Made by a program: the position numbers and the translations under genes. The notes under the pieces were generated by a model. That model was not told the origin of the DNA. It ran no database searches and was given only the letters and a program-made list of their open reading frames with translations. Shown here one piece after another: positions 1 through 8,488 of a DNA stretch of 64,000 bases (position 1 is its first letter; every line of letters begins with the position of its first letter). The stretch lies in assembly GCA_963744995.1 (NCBI GenBank), contig CAVUWA010000010.1:544001-608000 (forward strand). Reading direction: 5' to 3'. This stretch comes from Candidatus Eiseniibacteriota bacterium (lineage in GTDB: Bacteria > Eisenbacteria > RBG-16-71-46).

Positions 1-672
1 GCGATTCCGCGCGCCGCGCGCCCGGCTGCCCGTCCATCCGTCCTCCGTCGCGTGCGCGGCCTCGTGCGCGAGCAGGCGGCGCTTCCTCTCCACGCCCCAC
101 ATGAAGCCGGTCAGCGAGCCGTCCGAGCCCACCAGCCGGTGGCACGGCACGATCAGCGAAACCGGATTCGTCGCCGCGGCGCGGCCGACGGCGCGGGCGC
201 CGCGCGGGGTCCCGAGCGCCTGTGCGAGCGCACGATACGACAGCGGCCGCCCCGGCGGAATCGCGCGCAGCGCGTTCCACACCCGGCGCTGGAACGCGGT
301 GCCGCCGAGGTCGAGCGCGACGGCGTCGAGCGCACGAATGCGCCCCCGGAAGTACGCGGTGAGCGCGCGGCCCACGGGCGGTGGCAGCGGCGCCCGGCGC
401 GGCACCGGAGCGCCGCGCCGCAGCAGCCGGGCGCGCGCGGCGGCGCGGCCCCCGGCGAACACCAGCGCGCACACGCCGGCCCGGCTCCAGAAGATCGCGA
501 GCGCCCCGAGCGGCGTCGCGAAGCGGCTCTCGTGGATCGTCGTCCCGCGCGCGGGCTTCGGCCGCGGCTTCCCGGCGCCCCGCGTCCCGCGCGCGGGCTT
601 CGGCCGCGGCTTCCCGGCGCCCCGCGCCCCGCGCCCGCGTACGCCCCGCGTCCCCGCCGCCTGAGGGTCCAT
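1..672 (-). CDS. ogt: Methylated-DNA--protein-cysteine S-methyltransferase (3' end runs off the window)
   Basis: Not in the ORF track; manual minus-strand translation from ATG 672 gives GTAFQRRVWNALRAIPPG..SY..LA..ARAVGRAAATNPVSLIVPCHRLVGSDGSLTGFMWGVERKRRLLAHE, including the PCHR active site; starts 1 nt after the alkA stop. Confidence 0.95.
   Translation of the reverse strand, partial: MDPQAAGTRGVRGRGARGAGKPRPKPARGTRGAGKPRPKPARGTTIHESRFATPLGALAIFWSRAGVCALVFAGGRAAARARLLRRGAPVPRRAPLPPPVGRALTAYFRGRIRALDAVALDLGGTAFQRRVWNALRAIPPGRPLSYRALAQALGTPRGARAVGRAAATNPVSLIVPCHRLVGSDGSLTGFMWGVERKRRLLAHEAAHATEDGWTGSRARGARNR
541..624. repeat. Perfect 2 x 42-bp tandem duplication inside the ogt 5' region
   Basis: cgtcccgcgcgcgggcttcggccgcggcttcccggcgccccg at 541-582 and 583-624; encodes (RGAGKPRPKPARGT)x2. 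Confidence 0.95.
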
Positions 673-673
673 C

Positions 674-2131
674 TCACTCCTCCCCGCCCGTCCAGAGCAG
701 CATGGCCGCGTACGCGCGCCATGGCCGCCAGGCTTCCGAGCGTTTCTCGAGCGCCGCCGCCGAAGGCGGTGCGCCGCCGTTCGCCATCGCCTTGCGCAGG
801 CCGAGGTCGCCGGCCGGGAAAGCATCCGGCTCGCCGAGCGCGCGCATCGCCACGTACTGCGCGGTCCACGGACCGATCCCCGGCAGCGCCGTGAGACCGG
901 CCACGGCCGACTCCAGCCCGGGCGCCAGGTCGAGGTCCAGGTCGCCGCGCGCGACCGCCGCCGCCAGGCCGGCCAGCGTGCGCGCCCTGGACGTGATCAA
1001 CCCGAGCGCGACGAGGTCGGCGTCCGCCACCTGCGCGGGCTCGGGGAAGGCGTGGGTGATCGCTCCGTCGGGGGTGGCGAGCGGCGTGCCGAGCCCGCGC
1101 GCGATCCGCCCCGCGATCGTCGTCGCCGCACGCACGCTGATCTGCTGGCCGACGATCGCGCGCGCCGCGAGCTCGAACCCGCCCCACGCGCCGGGCACCC
1201 GCACGTCGCGCCGTCGTCCGAGCCGCCGGGCCAGCGCGCGGTCGGCGCGCAGGTGACCGACGATCTCGCGCGGGTCCGCACCGAGGTCGAAGACGCGGCG
1301 CGCGCGGTGCACGATCGCGAGCAGATGCGGCGCCAGGGTCGGGGGCACGATCAGCTCGAGCGCCGCGCGCCCCGGTATCGGCCGCACCTCGACGATGCCC
1401 GCGGCCTCGGCGAAGCGCAGGGCGCGCCGGTAACGGACGCCGTCGACCCGTTCCACGCCCGGAATCGCGCGCGGCCCCATGAAGGCCAGCAGCCGCCGCC
1501 AGTCGAGCGGCGGCCGGTAGGCGAGCTGCACGCGCAGCGCCCGCGCGCCCGCGCGCCGCCCGCCCGCGGCGCCGTCCGCGCGGCGCAGCGCCGTCGCGCT
1601 GCGCCCGTAGATCCGCCGGATCGTCGCGTTGAAGCGCCGCACGCTCGGGAACCCGGCGTCGAGCGCGATGCGCGCCATCGGCAGATCGGTTTCGTCGATC
1701 AGCTTCTTCGCCAGCTGTACGCGGCGCGTCTGCGCCACCGCCAGCGGCGCGGCGCCAAGGTGCTCCAGGAACAGCCGCCGCAGGTGCCGCTCGCCGACCC
1801 CGAGCCGCGCCGCGAGAGCGGCGACCCCGCCCGCATCGAGCGCGCCCGCATCGATCGCCCGCAGCGCGCGCGAGACGGTGACCGACGTGCCGGCCCAGGC
1901 CGGGGTGCCGGGCGAGGCTTCCGGCCTGCAGCGCAGGCAGGGACGGAAGCCCGCCGCCTCCGCCGCGGCGGCCGAGGCGAAGAAGCGCACGTTGCGCTGC
2001 AGCGGCACCCGGGCCGGGCACACCGGCCGGCAGTAGACACCGGTGGTGACGACGCCGGTGAAGAACCGGCCGTCGAAACGGGCGTCCTTGCTGGCGATCG
2101 CGCGATAGCAGACGGCGGCGTCGAGTTCCAT
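674..2131 (-). CDS. alkA: AdaA-AlkA fusion: Ada Zn-binding domain, AraC HTH, AlkA N-terminal domain, HhH-GPD 3-methyladenine glycosylase
   Basis: Start reassigned to MELDAAVCYRA; DARFDGRFF..TTGVYCRPVCPAR, GFRPCLRCRPE, LPGIGPWTAQY..MRALGEPDAFPAGDLGL, WRPWRAYA. Confidence 0.93.
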   Translation of the reverse strand: MELDAAVCYRAIASKDARFDGRFFTGVVTTGVYCRPVCPARVPLQRNVRFFASAAAAEAAGFRPCLRCRPEASPGTPAWAGTSVTVSRALRAIDAGALDAGGVAALAARLGVGERHLRRLFLEHLGAAPLAVAQTRRVQLAKKLIDETDLPMARIALDAGFPSVRRFNATIRRIYGRSATALRRADGAAGGRRAGARALRVQLAYRPPLDWRRLLAFMGPRAIPGVERVDGVRYRRALRFAEAAGIVEVRPIPGRAALELIVPPTLAPHLLAIVHRARRVFDLGADPREIVGHLRADRALARRLGRRRDVRVPGAWGGFELAARAIVGQQISVRAATTIAGRIARGLGTPLATPDGAITHAFPEPAQVADADLVALGLITSRARTLAGLAAAVARGDLDLDLAPGLESAVAGLTALPGIGPWTAQYVAMRALGEPDAFPAGDLGLRKAMANGGAPPSAAALEKRSEAWRPWRAYAAMLLWTGGEE

Positions 2132-2269
2132 GGGCCGCAGAGTGCCACGAACGGCCCGCCCTGTCTGGTCGTTTCCGGACATGGTCGTCCCGGCCGCCGG
2201 GGGTCGAAAAGACCTCCGGGCGGGCCGGCTCGCGGCCGATAACCCGCGGGACGGGGCGCCCGGCCCCCG

Positions 2270-3091
2270 ATGGAGACGGTCATGACGGTCAAGCCCAAAG
2301 TCGATTCGATCGAACGCCAGCGCGGCGTCCTCTGGATGCTGGGCCTCGTCGTGATGGGTGCGCTGTGCGCCGGGCTGGCGGTAGTGAGCTGGAGCGGGGC
2401 CGAGGGCGGTTTTCAGGTCGAGATGACGCAGAAGTGGACCTCGCTCGTCGGCCTGGCCGGCCTCGTGCTCCTGTTCGTCCTCTACGCCACCAAGAAGCAG
2501 CGCGAGCTCGCCGCGATGCAGGACCGCCTGCAGAAGGTCGCCGTGCGCGAGGCTTCCCTCCACGCCCGGCTCGGCGAGCTGTCGCTGCTGTTCGACACCA
2601 GCACGCAGATCCAGCTCCGGCTCGACATGCAGAGCATGCTCGAGCTGGCGACGCAGCGGCTGCTGTCGTGCTTCGAGGCGCACCAGTCCTCGATCATGCT
2701 GCTCAACGAGGAGAGCGGCCTGCTCGAAGTGCGTGCCGCGTCGGGAGTGGACGCCAATCTGGTCGCGGGCTCCAGGGCCAAGCCCGGCGAGGGCATCGCC
2801 GGGGCGGCATTCGCGGCCGGTGAGTCGTTGCTGCTCGACGACGCGTCCATGCGCGCGCGGTTCCCGAACGACATCAAGCCCGGACGCAACATCCGGTCGA
2901 GCCTGATCGTGCCGATGAAGTTCCGCGGCGCGTGCGTGGGCGTGATCAGCGTGAGCCGCACGCACCAGAGCGAGCCGTTCGAAGAGGTGCACCGGCAGAT
3001 GCTGCAGACCTTCGCCGAGCACTGCGCCGCGACGTTCGTCAAGACCCACCACCACCAGACCCTGCTCGAAGGCGTGCGCCGCGCCGCCTGA
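2270..3091 (+). CDS. Membrane protein with two TM helices, a coiled coil and a C-terminal GAF domain
   Basis: Two hydrophobic helices; SSIMLLNEESGLLEVRAASG, GEGIAG, SSLIVPM..VGVISVSR..EPF GAF signature. Confidence 0.8.
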   Translation: METVMTVKPKVDSIERQRGVLWMLGLVVMGALCAGLAVVSWSGAEGGFQVEMTQKWTSLVGLAGLVLLFVLYATKKQRELAAMQDRLQKVAVREASLHARLGELSLLFDTSTQIQLRLDMQSMLELATQRLLSCFEAHQSSIMLLNEESGLLEVRAASGVDANLVAGSRAKPGEGIAGAAFAAGESLLLDDASMRARFPNDIKPGRNIRSSLIVPMKFRGACVGVISVSRTHQSEPFEEVHRQMLQTFAEHCAATFVKTHHHQTLLEGVRRAA

Positions 3092-3189
3092 GCCCCCGCC
3101 GCGCGGCACGTCCCGCAGCCCGTCACCCTGCCGCGCCGTCCCGGCCCGCGCCGCTTGCCTGCCGCCGGTACCGCGTGGATGATCCGCGC

Positions 3190-3801
3190 ATGGTCCTCCG
3201 CAGGACATCCGCATCGCGCGCGCCGGCCGCGGGCATCACGTTCCGCCCCGCCACCCCCGCGCGCTGGGCCGACCTCGAAGCCCTGTTCGGCGAACGCGGG
3301 GCCTGCGCGGGCTGCTGGTGCATGTTCTGGCGGCTGCCGCGCGCCCGTTTCGCGGCCGGCAAGGGCGCCGGCAACCGCCGCGCGCTGCGCGCGCTGGTGA
3401 AGGGGAACGCCCAGCCCGGCGTGCTCGCCTACGCGAACGGCGAGCCGATCGGCTGGTGCGCGATCGCGCCACGCGCCGCGTACGTGGCGCTCGAGAACTC
3501 GCGCATCATGAAGCCCGTCGACGACCGGCCGGTGTGGGTCGTCTCGTGCCTGTTCGTGCGCCGCGACTTTCGCAAGCGCGGGCTCTCCGCCCGCCTGATC
3601 GACGCGGCGGCGAAGCTCGCCGCGAAGCGCGGGGCGCGCATGATCGAGGGCTATCCGGTGGAGCCGGCCGCGAAGACCGCCGACGCGTTCGTCTGGCACG
3701 GCGTGGCGTCGGCGTTCGCCAGGGCGGGCTTCCGCGAGGTGCTCAGGCGCTCGCCGACCCGGCCGATCATGCGCCGCGCCGTGCGCGCCCCGCGCCGCTG
3801 A
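3190..3801 (+). CDS. GNAT family N-acetyltransferase
   Basis: WADLEALFG..GACAGCWCMFWR, GWCAIAPR, VSCLFVRRDFRKRGLS (motif A), IEGYP; start approximate. Confidence 0.85.
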   Translation: MVLRRTSASRAPAAGITFRPATPARWADLEALFGERGACAGCWCMFWRLPRARFAAGKGAGNRRALRALVKGNAQPGVLAYANGEPIGWCAIAPRAAYVALENSRIMKPVDDRPVWVVSCLFVRRDFRKRGLSARLIDAAAKLAAKRGARMIEGYPVEPAAKTADAFVWHGVASAFARAGFREVLRRSPTRPIMRRAVRAPRR

Positions 3802-3849
3802 CGGAGCCGCCGCAGGGGCGCGGCGCCGCATGGCGCCGGCACGCCCCGC

Positions 3850-4845
3850 TCAGAAGTGCGCGTTCAGCACGGGCAGCCAGCGGAACGGCGGCGGATTGTT
3901 GTCGGCACGGTTGAGGACTCCGATCTGCACGCCGCGCAGCTCGTTCGCACGGTTGAAGATCCCGATCGTGAGGCCGCGCTGCACGCCCTCGTAACGGTTG
4001 TAGGCCGCGATCGCGAGACCGTTGAGGTCGCCCGCGCCGGTCACGCCCGCCGCGATCGCGATCCCGCGGGTGTCCTCCTCGCTGACCGAGGCGAGGCCGC
4101 CGACCGCGAGGCCGCGCAGACGCCGGCTGACCGTGGCGAGGCCGCCCACCCCGATGCCGTCCATCCGGCCCTCGGACACCGTGGCGAGACCGGCCACGCC
4201 GATCCCGCGCACGTGGCCTTCGGACACCGCGGCGAGGCCGCTCACGTGGACGCCGTTCAACCCGCCCTCGCCGACCGTCGCCAGGCCCGCGACGTGGACG
4301 CCATGGAGATCGCCTTCGCTCACGTAGGCGAGCCCCGCGGCGCCGATCCCCGTGCTCCGGCCCTCGCTGACCACCGCGAGTCCCGCCAGCGCCAGGCCGT
4401 ACTGGGCCCCTTCGCTGACGACCGCGAGCCCGCCGAGGCTCAGGCCCGCCATGCGTTCGTTCGCGACCGACGCGGCGAGACCCACCTGCACCCCGTTGAG
4501 GCGCCCCGCCACCGGGCCGGCGATTCCGAGCGCGAGTCCGTTGACCTCGCCGCCCACGTCTCCCGACGGGCTCCACAGCGTGAGGTTCAGCCCGTTCACC
4601 TGTTCGAGGTAGCGGTCCTGGAAGTTGACGCGCAGGCCGTTCACGCGCGGCGCGTGACCGAACGCGATGCCGGTGTCGTGGATCATCAGATTCAGGCTGC
4701 CGCCCGCGGACCCCTCGGCGCGGGCGGGGGCGGGGGCGAGGAACCCCAGCGCGAAGACGAGGGCGGTTGCGAGTGCGAGACGCGCCCGGGCGGGCACGCG
4801 GAGCCCGGAGCGGCGGACGAGGGGTGCGGGTTCGAACGGGTTCAT
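3850..4845 (-). CDS. Secreted/outer-membrane glycine-rich repeat protein (LA_2272-like surface repeat family)
   Basis: Signal peptide (APARA), NGLRVN/NGLNL/GVQIG motifs, 16-aa repeats, C-terminal WLPVLNAHF. Confidence 0.7.
   Translation of the reverse strand: MNPFEPAPLVRRSGLRVPARARLALATALVFALGFLAPAPARAEGSAGGSLNLMIHDTGIAFGHAPRVNGLRVNFQDRYLEQVNGLNLTLWSPSGDVGGEVNGLALGIAGPVAGRLNGVQVGLAASVANERMAGLSLGGLAVVSEGAQYGLALAGLAVVSEGRSTGIGAAGLAYVSEGDLHGVHVAGLATVGEGGLNGVHVSGLAAVSEGHVRGIGVAGLATVSEGRMDGIGVGGLATVSRRLRGLAVGGLASVSEEDTRGIAIAAGVTGAGDLNGLAIAAYNRYEGVQRGLTIGIFNRANELRGVQIGVLNRADNNPPPFRWLPVLNAHF
4051..4431 (-). repeat. About 8 degenerate 48-bp (16-aa) coding repeats, GLAxVSEGxxxGxxxx
   Basis: GLAVVSEGAQYGLALA / GLAVVSEGRSTGIGAA / GLAYVSEGDLHGVHVA / GLATVGEGGLNGVHVS / GLAAVSEGHVRGIGVA / GLATVSEGRMDGIGVG and two more. 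Confidence 0.85.
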
Positions 4846-4914
4846 GATCTCTTCCTCCCGGGGAGCGGCAGGCGGGACGGACGGGCCGGCGGCCGCGTCG
4901 CCCGCCCTCTCTGC

Positions 4915-6546
4915 CTACGGGCGCCCGCCGCCACCGGTTGCATCGCGCCCGGCGTCGTCCGGCCCGTCCCCGCCCTCGTCGGTTCCGTCCTCGCCGCCCC
5001 CCTCGTCCATGCGGGTGAGGCGGGCGTCCACGTCGGCCATCAGCCGGTCGTGCGCCTCCTGATCGATCGTTCCCTCGGCGTACAGGTCCAGCACGCGATC
5101 CTTTTCGACCATCAGCAGATGCCGGCGGGCGCGGCGCAGCTCCTCGTCGCGCAGGTCCCCGCTTTCGAGGTGCAGCGAGCGGATCTCGCCCTCGACGTCC
5201 TCGATCCGCTGCCGATACTCGTCCTCCAGCGTCTCGATCACCACCGGGGGCAGGTGGCGCCGGTCGCGCATGGATTCGAGCTCCCGCTGCGCCGCACCCG
5301 CCGCCTGCAACTGCCCGCGCATGCGCTGGTAGTTCTGGCGGGCCTCGTGGGGCCCGATGATGCCGAGCCGTTTGAGCAGCGTCGTCATGGTCATCCCCTG
5401 GCCGAGAATGGTGATGATCACCACGCCGAACGTCATCGTGATCAGCAGCTCGCGGTGCGGGAACCCCTCGGGCAGGGAGAGCGCCAAAACCATCGACAGG
5501 CTGCCACGCAGCCCGCCCCACACCAGCACCGCGGCCCAGCGGCGCGGCAGGTGTTCGCGGGTGCGGCTCAGGGCCGCGGTCGCGGCGCTGACCACCACCC
5601 CGCGGCCCAGCAGCATCGCGAGGAACGCCGCCAGGATCAGCTGCCAGGACGCGAACAGCGCGGAGAGCTGCACCTCGAAGCCGATCAGCAGGAACACGAT
5701 CGAGTTGAGCGCGAAGGCGACGTATTCCCAGAACGTCGCCACGGCCACGCGGGTGGACGGCGACATGCCGGTGCGCGCCGCGTAGTTGCCGCAGATCATC
5801 CCCGCGACCACGGTCGCGATCACGCCGGAGTCGTGGAAGTGCTCGGCGACGACGAAGGCGCCGTAGGCGGCGATCGTGGTGAGCGTGATTTCGATCATCG
5901 GATCGTCGAGCCGCCGGATCACCTGCGAGATGCCCATGCCCACGATGCCGCCGATGAGCGCACCGACGCCGACCACGCGGGCGAAGTCGAGCGCGATCGC
6001 CGAGGCCGACGTGGTCCCGCCCGTCACCAGCCCGAGGACGAGGGTGAAGAACACGATCGCCGTGCCGTCGTTGAGCAGGCTCTCACCCTCGATCAGCAGC
6101 GCCAGACGGCGCGGCACGCCGAGCGTCTTGAACATGCCCACGACCGCGATCGGGTCGGTCGCCGCGATCAGCGCGCCGAACACGAGGCCGTGACGCCAGT
6201 TGAAACCCTGCACGAAATCGAGCGCGTCGGCGACCGGCGTGAGGATCAGCGCGGTCAGGCCGATGGCCGCCGCGACGCCGGGAATCGCCAGCGAGAACAC
6301 GGTGATGCGATTGCGCCAGAATTCGCGGAACGGAATGTGGTACGCCGCCTCGAACAGCAGCCCGGGCAGGAAGATCGTGAACAGCAACCGCTGCGTGAGA
6401 TGCGGCGGCTGGAAGGCGTGCAGCAGGCCGAGCAGCAGGCCCGCGACGACCAGGGCCACCGTGTAGGGAATGCGGAAGCGCCGCGCGGCGATCGCCACGG
6501 CGGTGGCGACCGCGAACAGGATGATGAACGAGCTCTCGACGGGCAC
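4915..6546 (-). CDS. Na+/H+ antiporter, CPA1 family (NhaP/NhaG-like)
   Basis: LPGLLFEAA, GALIAATDPIAV, IEGESLLNDGTAIV, WGGLRGSLSMVLAL; multiple TM helices. Confidence 0.93.
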   Translation of the reverse strand: MPVESSFIILFAVATAVAIAARRFRIPYTVALVVAGLLLGLLHAFQPPHLTQRLLFTIFLPGLLFEAAYHIPFREFWRNRITVFSLAIPGVAAAIGLTALILTPVADALDFVQGFNWRHGLVFGALIAATDPIAVVGMFKTLGVPRRLALLIEGESLLNDGTAIVFFTLVLGLVTGGTTSASAIALDFARVVGVGALIGGIVGMGISQVIRRLDDPMIEITLTTIAAYGAFVVAEHFHDSGVIATVVAGMICGNYAARTGMSPSTRVAVATFWEYVAFALNSIVFLLIGFEVQLSALFASWQLILAAFLAMLLGRGVVVSAATAALSRTREHLPRRWAAVLVWGGLRGSLSMVLALSLPEGFPHRELLITMTFGVVIITILGQGMTMTTLLKRLGIIGPHEARQNYQRMRGQLQAAGAAQRELESMRDRRHLPPVVIETLEDEYRQRIEDVEGEIRSLHLESGDLRDEELRRARRHLLMVEKDRVLDLYAEGTIDQEAHDRLMADVDARLTRMDEGGGEDGTDEGGDGPDDAGRDATGGGGRP

Positions 6547-6565
6547 GGTCAGCCGCTCCGCCCGG

Positions 6566-7270
6566 TCATGCCTCGCCCCAGCCGCGTTCCAGCCGCTCGC
6601 GCGTCTCCTGCACGCCGGCGCGCCAGATCGCGTAGGCCTCGTCGTCGGGGCGCTGGTAGAGGCCGCCGAAGCTGCCGTCGCCGAGGTAGTCGCGCACCCC
6701 CGCGGGGTCGAGGCTCCTGTAGCGGGCGAAGTCGATCATCGGCTTCGCCGTCTTCGGCATCGCCACGCCCGGGAGCCGCGTCCACGGGAAGTTCTCCATC
6801 CACGAGGCGTGCGAGGCCACCGGGTCGATCGAGCGCACCTTCTCCTGGAAGCGCGGCGCCGCCCACCAGTCGTGGATCACCAGCCGCAGGTCGTGCGCCT
6901 TCGCCCACGCGCGCAGCGGATCCCATGCCGGCCGGTTGCCGCCGTGGCCGTTGACGAGCAGCACCCGCCTGAAACCGTGCCGGCGGATGCCGCCCAGCAC
7001 GTCCCGCAGCAGCGCGCCGAAGGTGTCGCGCCCGAGCGTCACCGTGCCCGGGTAGGCGACGAAGTCCGGCGTGAGCCCGTAGGAGAGCACCGGATAGACC
7101 GGCACGCCGAGCGGCTCGGCGGCCTCGACCGCGATGCGCTCGGCGAGGATGGCGTCGGTCGCGAGGCTCAGGAACGCGTGCTGCTCGGTGCTGCCCACCG
7201 GCAGGACCGCGCGGTCTTCCTTCTCGAGCAGCTTCTCGACCTGCGACCAGTGGAGATCGGCGATGCGCAT
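6566..7270 (-). CDS. Creatininase / creatinine amidohydrolase family protein
   Basis: LPVGSTEQH..L..D, YPGTVTL, LVNGHGGN, SHASWME metal ligands; start MRIADLHW. Confidence 0.9.
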   Translation of the reverse strand: MRIADLHWSQVEKLLEKEDRAVLPVGSTEQHAFLSLATDAILAERIAVEAAEPLGVPVYPVLSYGLTPDFVAYPGTVTLGRDTFGALLRDVLGGIRRHGFRRVLLVNGHGGNRPAWDPLRAWAKAHDLRLVIHDWWAAPRFQEKVRSIDPVASHASWMENFPWTRLPGVAMPKTAKPMIDFARYRSLDPAGVRDYLGDGSFGGLYQRPDDEAYAIWRAGVQETRERLERGWGEA

Positions 7271-7425
7271 GGCGGCCACCGTAGCCCGCGGGTTTCGCGG
7301 GAGGCAACCGGGCGGCCCGAGCCGCGCGGCGGCCGGGGCGCACGGGCGCCGGCCCGCCCCCGGCGCACGGGTCGGTCGCAGCACGGGCGGCATGCGGACG
7401 CGGCTCATCCGCGGCACCGTTCCGC

Positions 7426-7455
7426 GAAGGGCACCGCCCGGAGGCGGCGCCCTTC
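7426..7455 (-). terminator. GC-rich hairpin about 20 nt after the porB stop (no U-tract on this strand)
   Basis: Minus strand gaagggcgccgcc-tccg-ggcggtgcccttc, 13-bp stem with one G-U pair. Confidence 0.4.
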
Positions 7456-7474
7456 TTTGCGTGCGGCCGGTCCG

Positions 7475-8488
7475 CTACTTGAGTTCGGCCAGCCCGTACA
7501 TCCGTTCGACGTTCCGCTGCGCCCACCCGCGGAAGCGCTCGACCGTGTCCTCGCTGCCCTCGCGCACCGTGTAGCCGCCCGTCGTCGGATCCCGGCGGAC
7601 CAGATGATTGAAGCGCCGCTGCGTGCCGAGGAACTCTTCGACCGCCGGCCGGTCCGCCGCCTCGAGCGGGCAGTCCTTCACCGAACCGCCCTTGCCGCGC
7701 TCCCATACGAACGCCGGGAACACGCCGCTGCGGGCGCCGAGCGTGGCGATCCGGATCGTTTCGCCGTCCTCGAACTTCCAGCCGGTGATGCACGGCGCGG
7801 GGACGAAGATGACGGCGGTCGAATCGCAGGCCAGCGCCTTCTCCATCGTCTTCTGGAACAGCTTGCCGTGCGCCGGGCTCAGCTGCGCCACCAGCCCCGC
7901 CCCCGCTGCGATCGCCAGGTGCACGTAGTCGAGCGGCGGCTGCAGGTTGCCGGCCGACGCCTTGCCCGACGGCGTGGTGCTGGTCGAGGCATACGGTGTC
8001 GTGGCCGGACTGTACTGGAAGCCCGTGTTCGCGAAGATTTCATTCACGAGCACGATGATCGTGACGCGTGCGCGCCGGTGGATGGTGTGCAGCAGGCCGC
8101 GCAGGCCGATGGCCAGTGCGCCGCCGTCGCCGCTCGTCGAGATCACCTGCACGGGTCCCGAGAGCGCACCGTGATCCGCCAGCACGTCGGCGACGTCGCG
8201 CGTCGCCTCGGCCAGCGTCGGTGCGGACTCGAACACGTTGTGGATGATCGAGAAGCTGCGGGTGAAGTCGTCCGGGGGCGCGTCGCCGCGGCCCCATGCG
8301 ACCACGTTGGGGAACGCGAGGCTCGACACCTCGGCGCACGAGGTGCCGATGGTGAAGATCGTCTTCACGCCGTTGTCGGTGACGCGGCCCACGTTCTGGA
8401 ACGCAATCGCCTCCATGCAGCCGGCGCAGAGCGTCGACCCCGGCCGGAAGCAGCTCTCGTGGGTCGCGGTTTCCTTGTAGCCGCTCAC
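7475..8488 (-). CDS. porB: 2-oxoacid:ferredoxin oxidoreductase beta subunit (TPP-binding, PorB-like)
   Basis: LCAGC, GTSCAEV, GDGG...NEIFANTGFQYSPATT, APCITGW. Confidence 0.88.
   Translation of the reverse strand: MSGYKETATHESCFRPGSTLCAGCMEAIAFQNVGRVTDNGVKTIFTIGTSCAEVSSLAFPNVVAWGRGDAPPDDFTRSFSIIHNVFESAPTLAEATRDVADVLADHGALSGPVQVISTSGDGGALAIGLRGLLHTIHRRARVTIIVLVNEIFANTGFQYSPATTPYASTSTTPSGKASAGNLQPPLDYVHLAIAAGAGLVAQLSPAHGKLFQKTMEKALACDSTAVIFVPAPCITGWKFEDGETIRIATLGARSGVFPAFVWERGKGGSVKDCPLEAADRPAVEEFLGTQRRFNHLVRRDPTTGGYTVREGSEDTVERFRGWAQRNVERMYGLAELK

Noticed and set aside
541..624. Tandem repeat as a CRISPR array or mobile-element end
   Set aside because: Two contiguous copies with no spacers, in frame within a CDS; no cas or transposase genes in the window.
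101..664. 187-aa and 280-aa plus-strand ORFs at the window start
   Set aside because: Antisense to the ogt gene, which has the PCHR motif.
2132..3214. Long N-terminal extensions given by the ORF track for alkA (also porA, rnfD/G/B, ssnA, osmC and the threonine synthase-like gene)
   Set aside because: They overlap other real genes; internal starts with an RBS or stop/start overlap match the family N-termini.
6566..7270. Creatininase-family gene as part of the por operon or as a HyuA substitute
   Set aside because: Separated from porB by about 200 nt including a strong hairpin, and 30 kb from the purine cluster; chemically conceivable but unsupported.
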